This document shows, in pieces, positions 26,977 through 39,900 of a stretch of DNA of 64,000 nucleotides; positions within the stretch are counted from its first letter, which is position 1; every line of letters starts with the position of its first letter. Both the position numbers and the translations under genes were made by a program. The notes beneath the pieces are model-generated. The model made no database searches and was not told where the DNA came from. It worked only from the letters and a program-made list of their open reading frames with translations. The stretch is from Catajapyx aquilonaris (taxonomy: Eukaryota): assembly GCA_000934665.2 (NCBI GenBank), contig JYFJ02000470.1:62001-126000 (forward strand), given 5' to 3'.

Positions 26977-27675
26977 AGTGTTTCGCAATAATTTTTATTG
27001 GACGTTGTTCCTCATAATGTTAGATGAAAAAGTGGAACTCAGTTTGTAAATATCTGTCCCCTGAGTAGTAAAAACCAAGGCTCAAAAGTTGAGAATTTGC
27101 AATTTTTTGCACTTGAAATGGCCAGCAGGCACTAAGAAGCTTCCGGAATTTTAAAATAAATTTTTGAGACACTAGTTGATGATGGCTGATTTTTTGAGTC
27201 GCATATTGTTCAAGAAGGATAATTTTATTAAAATTTTAACTGCACGCAAGCATGATTGCACTGCGTAATATCCCATTTGCAGTGTTGCCTCATTGTGCAA
27301 CTAGCATTTATTTTATTAAATCATTTTATGTGAACAATATGTGACTCGAAAATTGGCCGCCATCAGCTGCGTCTGAAAAATTAACATTCAAATTCTGGAA
27401 GCTTTTAAGTGCCTGCTGTGGCCATTTCAAGTGCAAAAAATTGCAAATTCTCAACTTTTGAGCCTTGGGCGCTTGGGGGTCGAATTTTTGTCCCACTGCT
27501 AGTTACTGCTAACTAAGCAGTGCCAGTGTTGGAACTGGTACTGATAAGTTAGCAGTGGGACGAAAATTCAACCCTATGTTTTCATTACTCAGGGGACAGC
27601 TATTTAAAAACTGAGTTTCAATTTTTCATCTAATATTATAAGGAACAATTTCCAATGAAATTATTGCAAAACACT
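26977..27675. mobile_element. Long palindromic (foldback/MITE-type) element
   Basis: Left arm AGTGTTTCGCAATAAT...CAAGGCTCAAAAGTTGAGAATTTGCAATTTTTTGCACTTGAAATGGCCA mirrors right arm TGGCCATTTCAAGTGCAAAAAATTGCAAATTCTCAACTTTTGAGCCTTG...ATTATTGCAAAACACT; centre about 27270; no TSD identified. Confidence 0.85.
27477..27574. mobile_element. Small MITE (about 100 bp), copy 1, inserted in the right arm of the palindromic element
   Basis: TIRs GGGTCGAATTTTTGTCCCACTGCTA / TAGCAGTGGGACGAAAATTCAACCC; second copy at 45873-45977. Confidence 0.85.
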
Positions 27676-28364
27676 GCAAAATCAATCCTGGAAGGGATCC
27701 AAGGCATTGTTGTAGTCAAGGGCAGGTAGTCAAGTGAACTATTTTTTTGAAAAAATGTCAGGTTATTCGGGGCTTTACGGAGCACAGTTTGGGAACTTCT
27801 GTGCTAGAGAATTAAACCCTAACTCACATGATTACATTGTCATCACTTCATCCACATATGAGGGAAATATTACTGCTGCCCAACTGTACACCTCCAGCAG
27901 AATGGATGGTGAAAATGTAATTGATGACTCATCTGCATTGAGCATTGTGTAACTGGTAATAATACACATGAAGATTATGATGAACCTTACTGTGCAGTAC
28001 ATTTGCATTGGAGCATATAATTATGCATTGCAGGTATTACAGGGAACTTGGGAGAACCAAACCAAGTCCTCTTACTAGTCTTACATCATAAATGCCCATG
28101 TGTCATTTCATTTTGAACATCTTATGACCACAGGCATTTCAAGGTTGTCAGGTAATACAGTCCATCAACATGTTTGGGCTACACGGTAGTGTAGTGGTTC
28201 AGTCAATTCCGTACCACCTCTGAGGTGCAGATAATTTTCGTATCATATGGAAGGGCTGTGCTGTAAATACTAAATACATTACATCTGAATGCCCTCCAGG
28301 CTCCAGTGAAATATTACAGTTTCTTGATATCATTAAATCTTGGCTAAATGTATTCATATTATTT

Positions 28365-28630
28365 ACCGAAGCAGTGGTGGTGGAGGGGATATGGTATCTG
28401 ACTGCTAATCGGGAGGTCCTGGTTTCAATCTCCGGGGCCGGCAACCCTAACCGTGGTTTTCTGTGGTTTCCCATGGTCCCTCCAGGTAAATGCCAGGGTT
28501 GTTTCCTAAAATAATAGGCCACAGCCTCTTCCTTCCTTCCCTATCTTATCCCCAAAAGCGAAGTAAAAATGCAAAGAAAGAGTTCGTCAAAGCAAAACTC
28601 CCCCCTAAAGAGCCGCCGGCTGATAATGAG

Positions 28631-28695
<65 letters not shown>

Positions 28696-28712
28696 AATAA
28701 TATTATTATTAT
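28365..28712 (+). mobile_element. tRNA-derived SINE with (TTA)n tail
   Basis: Degenerate A box (about 28375-28386), B box GGTTTCAATC (28421-28430), central CCGTGGTTTTCTGTGGTTTCCC...CCAGGTAAATGCCAGGG...AGGCCACAGCCTCTTCCTTCC resembling the conserved body of SINEs from hemimetabolous insects, and a long TTA tail at 28632-28712. Confidence 0.8.
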
Positions 28713-29174
28713 TTTAGCAGGAATATATACTTAATAATAATAATTGAGAGGGTGTACTAGTACAGTACCTCCAGTAGGCGTCACAGTAGCCTGAGTGGAA
28801 AACCACTTATTTCAGCTGTAAATGTTCAACCGTAAGTGCTCAAATTAGGGCCATAAATTATACATTATCCGGTCATGAGCATAAAGGGTAATGAATTATT
28901 TTCCACGTGAAGTAGGATGCTGTACTAGTATCTCTGTCCCTGAATATGCATGTTCAATGTATATTGCAGGCTGTATCAAACCTATTAATATGAACTTTCT
29001 CTGCAGTTTCTAGAGCAGACATAATTATGCCTTATCGGTCATCAATAATATTGTCTGGGTAGCCTTATCAGATAAAGGATGTGACCTGAATGTGTCCCCG
29101 ATAGTTCTGAAGGTGACTTCAGGTGGAACAGCTGCATACAAGAGGGCTTCGAGTCTGCTAGAAAATAATTAGCA

Positions 29175-30129
29175 ATGCCGATTGACATTTACCTGGCTCT
29201 ACCCAGCTCGCCATGCAGGGGAGCTTTGTTAACTGCAAGAGCGCTTGGACTTGACGTTAATGTGCGTCACATGAACTTGTTCAACAAGGAACAGCTCAAA
29301 CCAGAGTACTTGAAGGTATGTCAGCAAACACAGCGATGGTGTCTTTTTCATCAATGAATGCATTATTTGGTTTCAGATCAATCCTCAACATTGTGCTCCG
29401 ACAATGGTTGATGGTGATTACATTCTCTGGGAAAGGTGAGTGGATGTAGGAGGGATTACATGATTATCCTGATAATGGTAATTATAATAATATAATATTT
29501 CAGTCGTGCAATCGCAGGATACTTGGTTGGACAGTATGGCAAAAACGATTCCTTGTATCCTAATGATCCCAAAAAACGAGCTGTTATCAACCGACTCCAG
29601 TACTTTGACTTTGGAACCTTGTATCAGCGAGCCAGAGATGCTTATGTAGGTCTACCATTTGTCAAGCAATAATATACGTGAAAGAAAAGTTGTCCCTACA
29701 AATATAAATAACATTTCAGCGTGGGGTAATATTTGATGGTGCTAAAACAGTGGATCCTGCTAAGGAAGAAAAACTCGCTGAAGCTTTTGGCTACTTGGAT
29801 GGTTTCATAGGCTCCAATAAATGGGCAGCTGGCGATCAAGAAACCATTGCTGATCACGCACTTGCTGCAACAGTTTGCACTGTCCAGGTAAATACTTCAG
29901 GTCATATTTTTTGGGATCATAATAAATTATCCGCACTCTCTGACGACAAAATGCCTGACTTATATTTCAGCATCTGGCTGTCAACTTGAAGCTAAGCGAC
30001 TATCCCAATGTATGCCGTTGGCTGAATCAATGCAAGAAGGAACTGGCAGGATACAAGGAAAACGAAGAAGGATCCAAGCAATACTCCGAGATATTCCGAA
30101 CCTGCCTGGCCAAGAACCAAAAGGCATGA
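29175..30129 (+). CDS. GstD: Glutathione S-transferase, delta/epsilon-like class (exons 29175-29315, 29377-29435, 29504-29645, 29720-29887, 29971-30129)
   Basis: [90 protein letters not shown]. Symbol is class-level only. Confidence 0.93.
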
Positions 30130-30705
30130 TTATTATCACGATGAACAATGTTTCTGTCCATATAAGGCAATAAAAGAAAGCAAACAAATGTTCGTCATAA
30201 CTCAGGGTGACCTTCCTCGGTGATAACACTCTTCCTATCGCAAGATTACAGGATTTTTCCAATATTTTCCAACGTCCATCTGATGTTCATCAAAAAAATA
30301 AGCGTAAAATCGCAGAATCCGGACCAAAGATGGCGGCCAATAAGCCAAACCCTAAATAGATCAATAACGTCAACCAACTGGGGCGAACGATGAAGTGGCC
30401 AATGACCTCTACAGAACAATGCACAATTACAATCAGTACAATAAGCTGGTATTGCTCTGTATTTAAACCTGTAATGAGATTGAATAATGAGACGTGGCTT
30501 GTACTGCCGGGTGAGGGGTGTGGAAGAGGGGAGGGGCAGGGGGACCGGGTGCAAATTAAGCGCGATTTAAACCGCGACTTTCGATAACAGTGACACACTA
30601 GGAGCATCCCGCTATTTGAGCGTATCGCAGCGATTTGTATTTGTCAAGTAGCAGCGACGTGATTCGGTGCCCAACCCCAAAATCCAGACGGGTGAAAAAA
30701 GAAAG

Positions 30706-33700
30706 ATGGCGGCCGACGGCGAAGATCAGGTCATCTCGGATCAAGAAAAGGTATCGGGGGAATGGGCACTGGGGAGGGTGACCCGGTGTGGGTGGATGCG
30801 GGGTCGGGATGGGAAGGGTCGAGGGTCATGCCCAATGGTGAGGTGGAGTGGGATGGAACGATAGGGAGGAGAGGGGTCAGATTGGAAATGGGCGTGAAGA
30901 AAAAAAAAAGAAAAAAAGAGAGGGAGGAGCCGCCCATATTTGCTGTAAGGTGGGACTGCAGACGTCATGCTTTTGAGGTTTTGGGAGATATGTACGGCTC
31001 GTGGTCGAGCACACTGGGAGGAAGATGGGACCCGGTGACAGGCGAAGAGTCACGCTGAACTCAGAGGGCAGCGACACCACTTTGGGTTCAAGCTCTTAAG
31101 TTGGGCAGCCGTAAAGGTGTAAAAGTTTGACTATGGCTTTAGGCAGTCAGGAGAGTACCGACATTGGAATGCAGGTCAGCTCATGAGTTTGACAGTACTG
31201 GCACGTAAGCCATGCACTTGATCATGATCATGGTGTAATGACATTCAGTGGGAAGAAACATATTCAATGGAAAAAGTACCAGTTTTGTTATGCACTTTAA
31301 TATGGTTTAAAAACAATGTAAAAGAAGTTCGTTGATGTATTGTCATATGCTACTGGTGGAAGTGAACTGTCGTGAAAGAGTTTAATTTTAAAAAGTTGGA
31401 TTTTTGGTGCATAGTGTTACCTTCATGGAGCCAGATCAGTTTGTCGTGTGTGCAGTATTATCCATCGCCCCCTGTCAGTGTCGCTGCTCCAGAGTATTTC
31501 AGGATTAGTCCCTCAGACTCCCATTGGCACTGTCAGTGGCACAGAGCCAACGGAGGTCTGAAGAAATGCTCTTGAAGCAGTTTGTTCGAAAATACCATTT
31601 AAAACATTCCATGGACTTCCATTGCACTTCAGGTTTGATGAGTCATGGAATTGGGTTTTTCCATCCTGTCACCCACTCTGCTAATGATTTTATCCCTTTG
31701 CGCAGGTCCGGATTGTGTCAGACTTCATCTTGCACTCTCCGCCAGGGGAATTCAATGAAGTTTTCAATGGTAAGTAATAGCAGTATCACGATATGGGTTG
31801 GATCTAATGGCACTGCATCATATTTTCATTGGAAACTGGATGTGGACAAGAGTGGTAATGACAAGGTGTTACATGCCATGTCAAAGTATTCATGTCCTTA
31901 ATTATACTGCCCATCTTGGGTTCTTCATGAAACAGAAGGAGTGGGCATTTAGGGATTAATAATTATTGCAACTCCCATTAGTAATAATAGTCACTCACAC
32001 TATAAACTGTGATGTCACAAATTCAGTGACTGACAAGATTTTTACGATGTAGTAGAGTAACTTGAAATGATATTTATTTTGTCCACAGATGTTCGGGTAT
32101 TGCTGAACAATGATAACCTTTTGAAAGATGGAGCATCTGGGTGAGTACCAATTCTGCCGACATAGGCAGCCACATACACTTGCACTCGTCCGGTCCTGGG
32201 ACACCCATTTACGTTTTAATCAGCCATGTGATCTGTTATAGCGCATTTGCCCAGTACAACAAGGACCAGCTGACCCCTGCGCGAGTTGAGGGGACTGAGC
32301 AGCAGGCACTCATCACTGAGCACAATGACCTGGGAGGGAGCCGATTCTTCGACCCCAGGTCCAAGCAGAGCTTCCGATATGACCACCTGAGGAAAGAAGC
32401 AAGCGACTACCAAGTGTGTCTCTGATTCCAATTTGGAGCGGGGCTATGCACATGCTTATTAAATGCTTTTCTTTCATGTGTCACAGAAAGTTGCTGCATT
32501 AGAAAAGGATAGTGGTGTCATAAGACTTGTACTTGCATAGTAGAAATTGTGAGTAGTTACTAATGACATTGGGACATCAGTATCATTCTCTTGTTGCAGC
32601 AACTTTTTGTTGTACTCCTGCTATCATTCTTATCTCTGTGGTTCACCTTTTTTGCTATGGTGGAGTGAGTCATGACTGCTTGCAGTGCATTGCTATTAGG
32701 ATACATTCATACTTGCATAAAGAAAATTTAGCAAACTTTAACAACTCAAAAGTTATGGTAGTTTTTTTTTTTTACATTACTGACTTTTACTGTGTCCAGC
32801 ACTAATTCTAATTAAAACTAAAAACTGACTGGTTTTTGATAAGTATGGACAGTTTGAAAATTGAGTATTAGTATTGTTGATTTACTGCTGCATTATTCTG
32901 CACTGCAGTCTTACCACTGCAAATACCTGTGCTTTAATTACTAATGTCTGGCAATTATTATCTACCAGAATTTTCTTGCAGCTTCTTTGGTGGCAGGTAC
33001 TAAAATAACACTTGGGTGACATGGTGAAGGTGATTGTGGCTTGACATGCGCATTATTTATTATGTTTCTGCTGACCCCACATATATTTATTTGGGAAGTC
33101 ATGTGAAGTTGGTGAGGAAGTTTGTCTTGATTTGATATATTAGGCGTTATTAGGAGTATGCTCTGGAACTGATGTTGATTAGGAGAGCAGATGTGCGAGT
33201 TTTCTTTGGGAGAATTGATGTTTTATGACAAGACATATAAGCTGCCCTTCTTCACAACATAATTTTGTTTCTTATTGGAACATAAAAATCCAACAAAATC
33301 ACAGCATATTTGATGATTTGTTTAGACTAAATTAGTTGCCTGGAGTAATTGAGTCATGTAAGGTACTGTAGATGAGTGACACTGGAGGGGTACTACATTT
33401 TGCATGCAAAATTCATTGTGCCAAGGGAAGTTTTGGCAGGTGGAGGAGTGAATCTGCTGCTGCAGGGGATTCTTACATCTCTGTTAAACGTGTGCAAGGG
33501 ATTTTCAAGCTACTATTATTTGTAACCTTCCAGCCATGGGATTGTGACCACAAAGCAGAGCCATGGAGATCCGCCTTGGAGGCAGAGTTTGTGTCCTACA
33601 CTACTGACCACTACAAACACGGGGCATGCAGTGTTTTTGCACACACCCAGGGGGCAAGTGTAACACTAATTGCCTGCATTGAGGACCACCAATTCCAACC

Positions 33701-35029
33701 AAAGAACTACTGGTAAGTTTTTGGATTGGCTAATCCTATAACTGCTGACCTTTTTTATTTTGCCAATTACAGGAATGGACGATGGAGGTCTCAATGGTCC
33801 ATCACATTCACACCATCGGAAACAGCAGAGCTCAGGGGTATTCTCAAAGTGCAGGTGCACTACTATGAGGATGGAAATGTTCAACTTGTGAGCTCAAAAG
33901 AAGTTAAGGAGAGCCTGACCATATCGGTAAGGCTAGTTGATTGCTGTCACTTGGGTAAAATTCTGAAATTTGTGGAAGGCATTGCACTAACAAATCCCTC
34001 CCCAAGAATATGTGCAAATACTCGTGATTTTTTTTTTACGTAAGTGATGATTATAGGAGAGAAATTAATGCAGGAAGAGGTAATATGTTGCATAAGCCGG
34101 TACCACAGTGTCTCGCTTTATTTTAAAATGATTTTGGTGTATTGATATATGTTGTGTCACCCTCAATCAATTTTATTTCAATTTATTGAATTCAATTAAT
34201 TCAATTTTATGTCAGCTCCTGGTAGCTCAGTGGTTAGAGCACCCGATTCGAAATGGTAATACAACACCCTCAATCAAGCACCTCAAACTGAAAACGTCTT
34301 TAGACTTGTCCAAGTGACTTAGAAGCTCTATAGTGCTGACGCCCCAAGCAAAAACTACGTATGTGCAAAAACCATGTATGTTCAGCTAAGCATGACCACT
34401 GAAATCCCCTTTATGCTGCCTACGTAATGGTACGTAATGGTACAAACCTTGTTTCTCTACGAGTCTCCATTGCAACGTAAAACCATGTATGCATATCCTT
34501 TTCAACAGAAAGTGAAAACTTCAAATGCGCTTATCTCGAAATGATAAAAACCACACATACTGGGTTTTTGCTTGGGGCGTCAGAGTGTAATAAGGGCATG
34601 ATGACAGTACTTCGGCTTTATAATTAGACCTTATCATGTGACACTGCACTAGTTAGTGATTTTATTGACTTATTGTACATGGACGTGGGTGCAACCACAG
34701 TTTATTGGTAATAATGCTAACTACAAATAGAACAGGAGTTGTGTTAAAATAGGCTTCTTTTTATTTTACATTTATATGATGCATTTATATTTGTTTCGAA
34801 ACAATTCCTTTTTATTACGTTACAGAATGAGCAACAAATGGCAAAGGACTTTGTGAGGCTGGTTGAAGAGGCGGAAAACAACTATCAGACAGCGATCTCA
34901 GAGAACTACCAGACCATGTCTGACACCACCTTCAAAGCCCTGCGACGTCAGTTACCGGTCACCCGGACCAAAATAGACTGGAACAAGATTGTTTCCTACA
35001 GCATCGGCAAGGAACTCAAGAACCAATGA
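30706..35029 (+). CDS. cpa: F-actin capping protein subunit alpha (exons 30706-30750, 31706-31769, 32089-32140, 32242-32413, 33534-33712, 33773-33926, 34826-35029)
   Basis: [86 protein letters not shown]. Confidence 0.97.
34215..34254 (+). pseudogene. 5' half of a tRNA-like sequence (truncated SINE head or tRNA fragment) in a cpa intron
   Basis: GCTCCTGG TA GCTC AGTGGTTA GAGC A CCCGA TTCGAAA T: intact A box/D-arm and 5' anticodon arm; no T-arm, B box or 3' acceptor strand follows. Confidence 0.65.
34336..34583. mobile_element. MITE with 20-bp TIRs and apparent 4-bp TSD
   Basis: AGTG|CTGACGCCCCAAGCAAAAAC ... GTTTTTGCTTGGGGCGTCAG|AGTG; internal AAAACCATGTATG repeats. Confidence 0.85.
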
Positions 35030-36940
35030 TAATGCTACCACTACCTTATCCCTACCCCCCACAGCCTAAGCCCCAACCCAGCTTCACCTCAGCCCTCCCT
35101 GTCCACCCACATCCAGATCATCCCTCAGCGCCATTTATTATTAAACCGTATATTTTTCTTCCTCCTACCTCTTTGTCTTGGTTATCATCATTATTATATT
35201 CTGCGCAAGATGGAGAAAAATAATTGGAATAGAATGCGCATTGTAATCAACATTGGGGGTTAAGTTCTTTGTCTGTTGTCCACTGAAGGAATGTTTGTAC
35301 ATATGAACAAAGTGGTAAGAGAAGCATATGAAAATGCTTTTGTTATGCAGGATAATTAATTGAAGGAGATAAGGGGAGAGTGAGAGCGAGAAAGAGAGAG
35401 AGAGAGAAAGAGTGCGTGTAATGAAGCGTGACGTATCAGAGAAATCACGGGAAATTTGTTTTTGTTTTCTCTTTGCAATGGACCAAAATATCATCTGTAC
35501 CCGAGAATCTTGCGACTTTAGTGCTACGTTGTGTTTACAAACTGACCTGAACAGTTTCTGCATCCTACGTTGGTAATTGTCAATTAAAAGGTGGAAAAAC
35601 AAAAGGGAAGGTTTAAATAGCATGAAGCTTTGGATACACGTTTAAAGGGACAGCAAAAGCAAGTCAGTATATTCCAAATAACCATGCATTTTTTCCAAAG
35701 TATTTTCAGAGTGCTTTTTTGTGCATTGCGGTTGTTGGCCTGAAGCTAAGAATAAAAGAAGATGGAGGCAAGTGTGCCACAATTAACAAGTTCTTGCTTT
35801 TAGTGGAAGAAGTAATTTACACATAAAACTACCAGATGAGAACTTCATAAATACCACTGTGTACAAGACCTAGAACAGAGTCTTAGTAAAGTGCCTTGTT
35901 TGTATTTCCCAGTATCATTTCTTAGGACTCTAGTTTTCTTTCACTACATTTCCTTTCCACCCCCAATCTCATCCCAACCATTCTTTGTAGTTTTTTTTGG
36001 TGGCAAGTTGCCAAAGTGCTAGGTCCTGATTTTTTCTTTTTAGAAGATTAACAATAGGGTGTCTTCGGGCAAAAAAAAAAAAAACAACAGCAAAAACGTA
36101 TGCAAGAGAATCGTGGCGCCAACTTATGCAGATTTCAAGTATAGTTTCATTATTTGCCTTCTTTTTCCTTACATAAACGCCAGTAAATGTCGGGTCGAGA
36201 GCATAAAAAGGAAAAAAATAGAAAACTGATATACATATTGTAATATTGTATCTAGCCTACTGACTGCTAATCCTGCAGCACGAGTTGAAGCGAGGGGTTG
36301 ATCAAATGTTTCTTCCTTGGGACAAGAGAAAAGAGACCCGTTTTCCACAGGATAAAATAAAATAAAAAACTATGATTTGGCTGATCTTGTTGTAATTTGT
36401 TGTTGAGGACCAGGCGTTGCGAAGAGTGATCCCCCTTGGTCCTGTATTTAATAAATGTTAGTTTTTCATGCAATAAAAAACATTGTTTCTCCTTGAAGTT
36501 ATTGGCTTGTTTTCTTGCTTATTGTGCTACTTGGAGAATGGGCGGGCTGGTCTTTAACTATGGGACGAGGCCACTGAATGATTCAAATGTCCCGCTTTGT
36601 GCGACACTGTGGCCATCTGGTGTCGATGGTGTGCAACTTCCGGTTGAACCTGTGGCAAGTAAGCGACATCTCTGCGTGTCCGTGGTCTGTGTGTCGGAAG
36701 AAGGACGGGCTGTGCGTCGACTGCTGTGTCTCCACACCTGATTTGACCGCTGCCAACTCAGCTCCTTGGGACTGATGCAACAGGGACAGACTCGGACACC
36801 ACCCATGCCCTGCACACCCCTGATGGCATGACTTCCTAGTCCAAGCAGAGGTAATTAAGCAGAATGTACAGAAGAATTTTCATGTAATGTTCTGAAGTAA
36901 CACTTATTCTTATTCGTACTTAGCGTTACGTTATTAAGAC

Positions 36941-39900
36941 ATGGCAGCGGTGCAGTCTGCGAGAAGCCAGCCACAGATGGGGAGTGACAGCAATCAAAAA
37001 TTCCTTGAAGCTGTTCAGAGCGACCTGAAGAACCTGTCCTTGGAGTCGAGAAAGAAATACACATTTGTCAAAGAGGTGAGCATGCGGAATTTAAAATGTG
37101 TCCATTTTTACTCAATTTGCTCTGAATACTCAATAGAAGCTGCAATATGAGCAAATTCGTACATTATTACGAGCGAAATTTAAGTAACTCGTATGAATTC
37201 TTTTCAATGTACAGTCGGCAGAAGAGGCCATTATCAAAGTGAGGAATGCGTCTGCTAACCCCCAAGCTATGTTGTACCACATGACAAACCAGATACTTTA
37301 CCCTCTGGTGCAAGGATGTGAGACCAAGGATCTCAAGATTGTCAGGGTAAATTACATATGAGTGCTGTGCGCCTGCAGTGTCTTTATTGAAAGGATGATT
37401 TATATTCTTGTAGATGTGTATAAGTACAATACAAAGACTCATTACTCAACAAGTGGTGGACCAAAAGGGCGCAAGATACATCACAGACACCCTGTGGATG
37501 CTGATGGAGGCCAGCATGGAGGAGGTCAAGGTGTTGCAAACTGTGGCTTTGTTGCTCACCACCAATTCTGTTGCACAAAGCGATGTTTTAGCAAAGGTAT
37601 GGTGTCATTTCTTGTGGGATTAATCTTCTATAAGGGCCATGCATTGCATTTAAGCCAAACATAAATATTATCAGAATTTTGTTAAATTTGTTTGAACCCT
37701 TGGACATGGATGTCTTTTTCCCCCCTGCTAATGAGGATATTATTCACATGATGATTGTTGTTGTTAATCTTTCAAATAACATTTTGCAGAATCTGGTGTT
37801 GTGTTTCCGGCTGTACTTTGTGAAGGACCCAACCATCACCAACACAGCTGGTGCCACAATCCGCCAGCTGGTGTCACTAATTTTTGAACGTGTGATGGCT
37901 GAAGACACGGACCTCCAGTCGTCAGTGTCACAGTCTCAGAGGGAACCTAACCTAGAAGAACTGAAGACACCAAGTAACCTGCCTCCCAAGGGACTGAAAC
38001 CATGTGCTGGAGATGCATACCTAATGTTCCAGGATTTGGTCCAGCTGGTCAATGCTGACCAACCATATTGGTTAATAGGGATGACAGAAATGACTAGAAC
38101 TTTTGGCCTGGAGCTGCTTGAGTCAGTTCTGTCATCATTTCCATCAGTTTTTTATAGGGTACGATATGCCAGTCTACTAGTATGAGTAATGTTTTGACAA
38201 AATTAGTGGAGGTAATTTCAGTATATTGCTTCATTTAAAACATTATCTGAAGCAATATCCACTAGAAAATGTAAAGAATTCTCTTGTGAAATGTGTCTCT
38301 TAATTTTCTTACCTGATATTGCAATTGGTGATTTGAAGTATAAAATTTGTGCAATTAATTGTTTGATTTTTTTTCCAGCATCCAGAATTTAGCTTTCTGC
38401 TGAAAGAACGAGTGTGCGCTTTAGTAATCAAGTTGTTCTCACCTAACATCAAGTACAGAAGCAACATGCCAGCTAGTGTCCAGCAAGCAGCTGCATTGGA
38501 CAAACCGTATTTCCCAATCAGTACTCGGTTGCTGAGAGTTGTGTCTATATTGGTGCAGAAGTACTACATGTTACTCGTAAGTTTACCGCTTGTACTAAGA
38601 TATTAGTTGACTCTAAAGTTTACAACAATTGTTTTCTCCACAGATAACTGAATGTGAAATATTTTTGTCTCTGATTGTGAAATTTCTGGATCCAGACAAG
38701 CCCACATGGCAGCGAGCCTTGGCTTTGGAAGTGGTTCACAAAATGACTGTCCAGCCTGACCTTCTTCAATCATTCTGCGAGTGCTACGACATGAAGCCAC
38801 ATGCTACCAATATATTCCAGGACATTGTGAACTCCCTCGGTGCTTTTGTTCAGTCCTTGTTTGTGAATCCACAGATGATGGGACAAGGGACTGGTGTGGC
38901 TGCCCCTAGTGTTTTAACTCAGGGTCAACCTCCAGCATTATTGGCAGGAATGGCTGTTGGGCCTGGGATATCTCCTCAGCCTGGATTCTGCTATCGTGGA
39001 GTGTGGCTGCCAATAGTTGTCAACCTGCCCAGTGGACAAGCCAAGCCTATCTAGTAAGATCTTGTATTTATGTAGACTTGTGGCTGAAATAATAACAACT
39101 TTCTTTCATGTCTGTACAGCTTGGAGATGCTGGACAAAGTGGAGCCTCCTACCATTCCAGATGGGTATGGTGCCTCTATGGCTTTTGCATGTCTGATGGA
39201 CATAATTCGGTCCATATCCCTGATTGTGGAGGGAATATACCCTGGAGGCAGTGGCGAGGGCTCTAGCAATGTCTCTGATACTTCATCTTCGCTTGAACCA
39301 ACCTTTGGGACCGCCCATGGGCCAACCCGGGATTTGCATGTGCAGCTGATAAGTTCCAGCTGGTGTGGCCTTCTTGCTGCACTGACCTTGCTCCTGGAAG
39401 CCAGCACAGATGAATCGGCATCAGAAAACATTCTCAAGTCTATTCAGACATATGCAAGCTTGTGTGGGCGACTTGACATGGGAACTGCTCGAGATGCATT
39501 TATTACTGGAGTCTGCAAGGCATCTCTTCCACCTCACTACGCACTGACAGTGCTCAACACTGCATCTCAGACCAACACATTGTCTGCTAGAACACATTCC
39601 AGAGGCCTCAGCCAAGACCTAAGTGGACAGTACAACTCTCAGTTCATAGAAGAGTTCAAGCATGTGGTTGTGGTTGGAACCCCACTGCCAACTGCATCCT
39701 TGCCTGTGGGTGCCCAGCAAGGCCCAGTCATGCTCACGTCAAAAAATCTGCAGTGCATGAGAGCACTTCTGAGTATAGCTCATTGCCATGGGAGCATTTT
39801 AGGGTCCAGTTGGCATCTTGTTCTCACCACTTTGCAGGTATGGTGTGGGACTTAACATTAAGTGCTTGCAATAGAATCACCAAGGATCTATCAAGGAGTG

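Noticed and set aside
34215..34254. Functional tRNA-Ser(CGA) gene
   Set aside because: The 3' half (anticodon stem 3' strand, T-arm/B box, acceptor strand) is missing.
36436..36815. Cys-rich small ORFs upstream of MON2
   Set aside because: They overlap the likely promoter/5'UTR exon (CTTCCGG motif, donor at about 36850) and show no recognisable domain.
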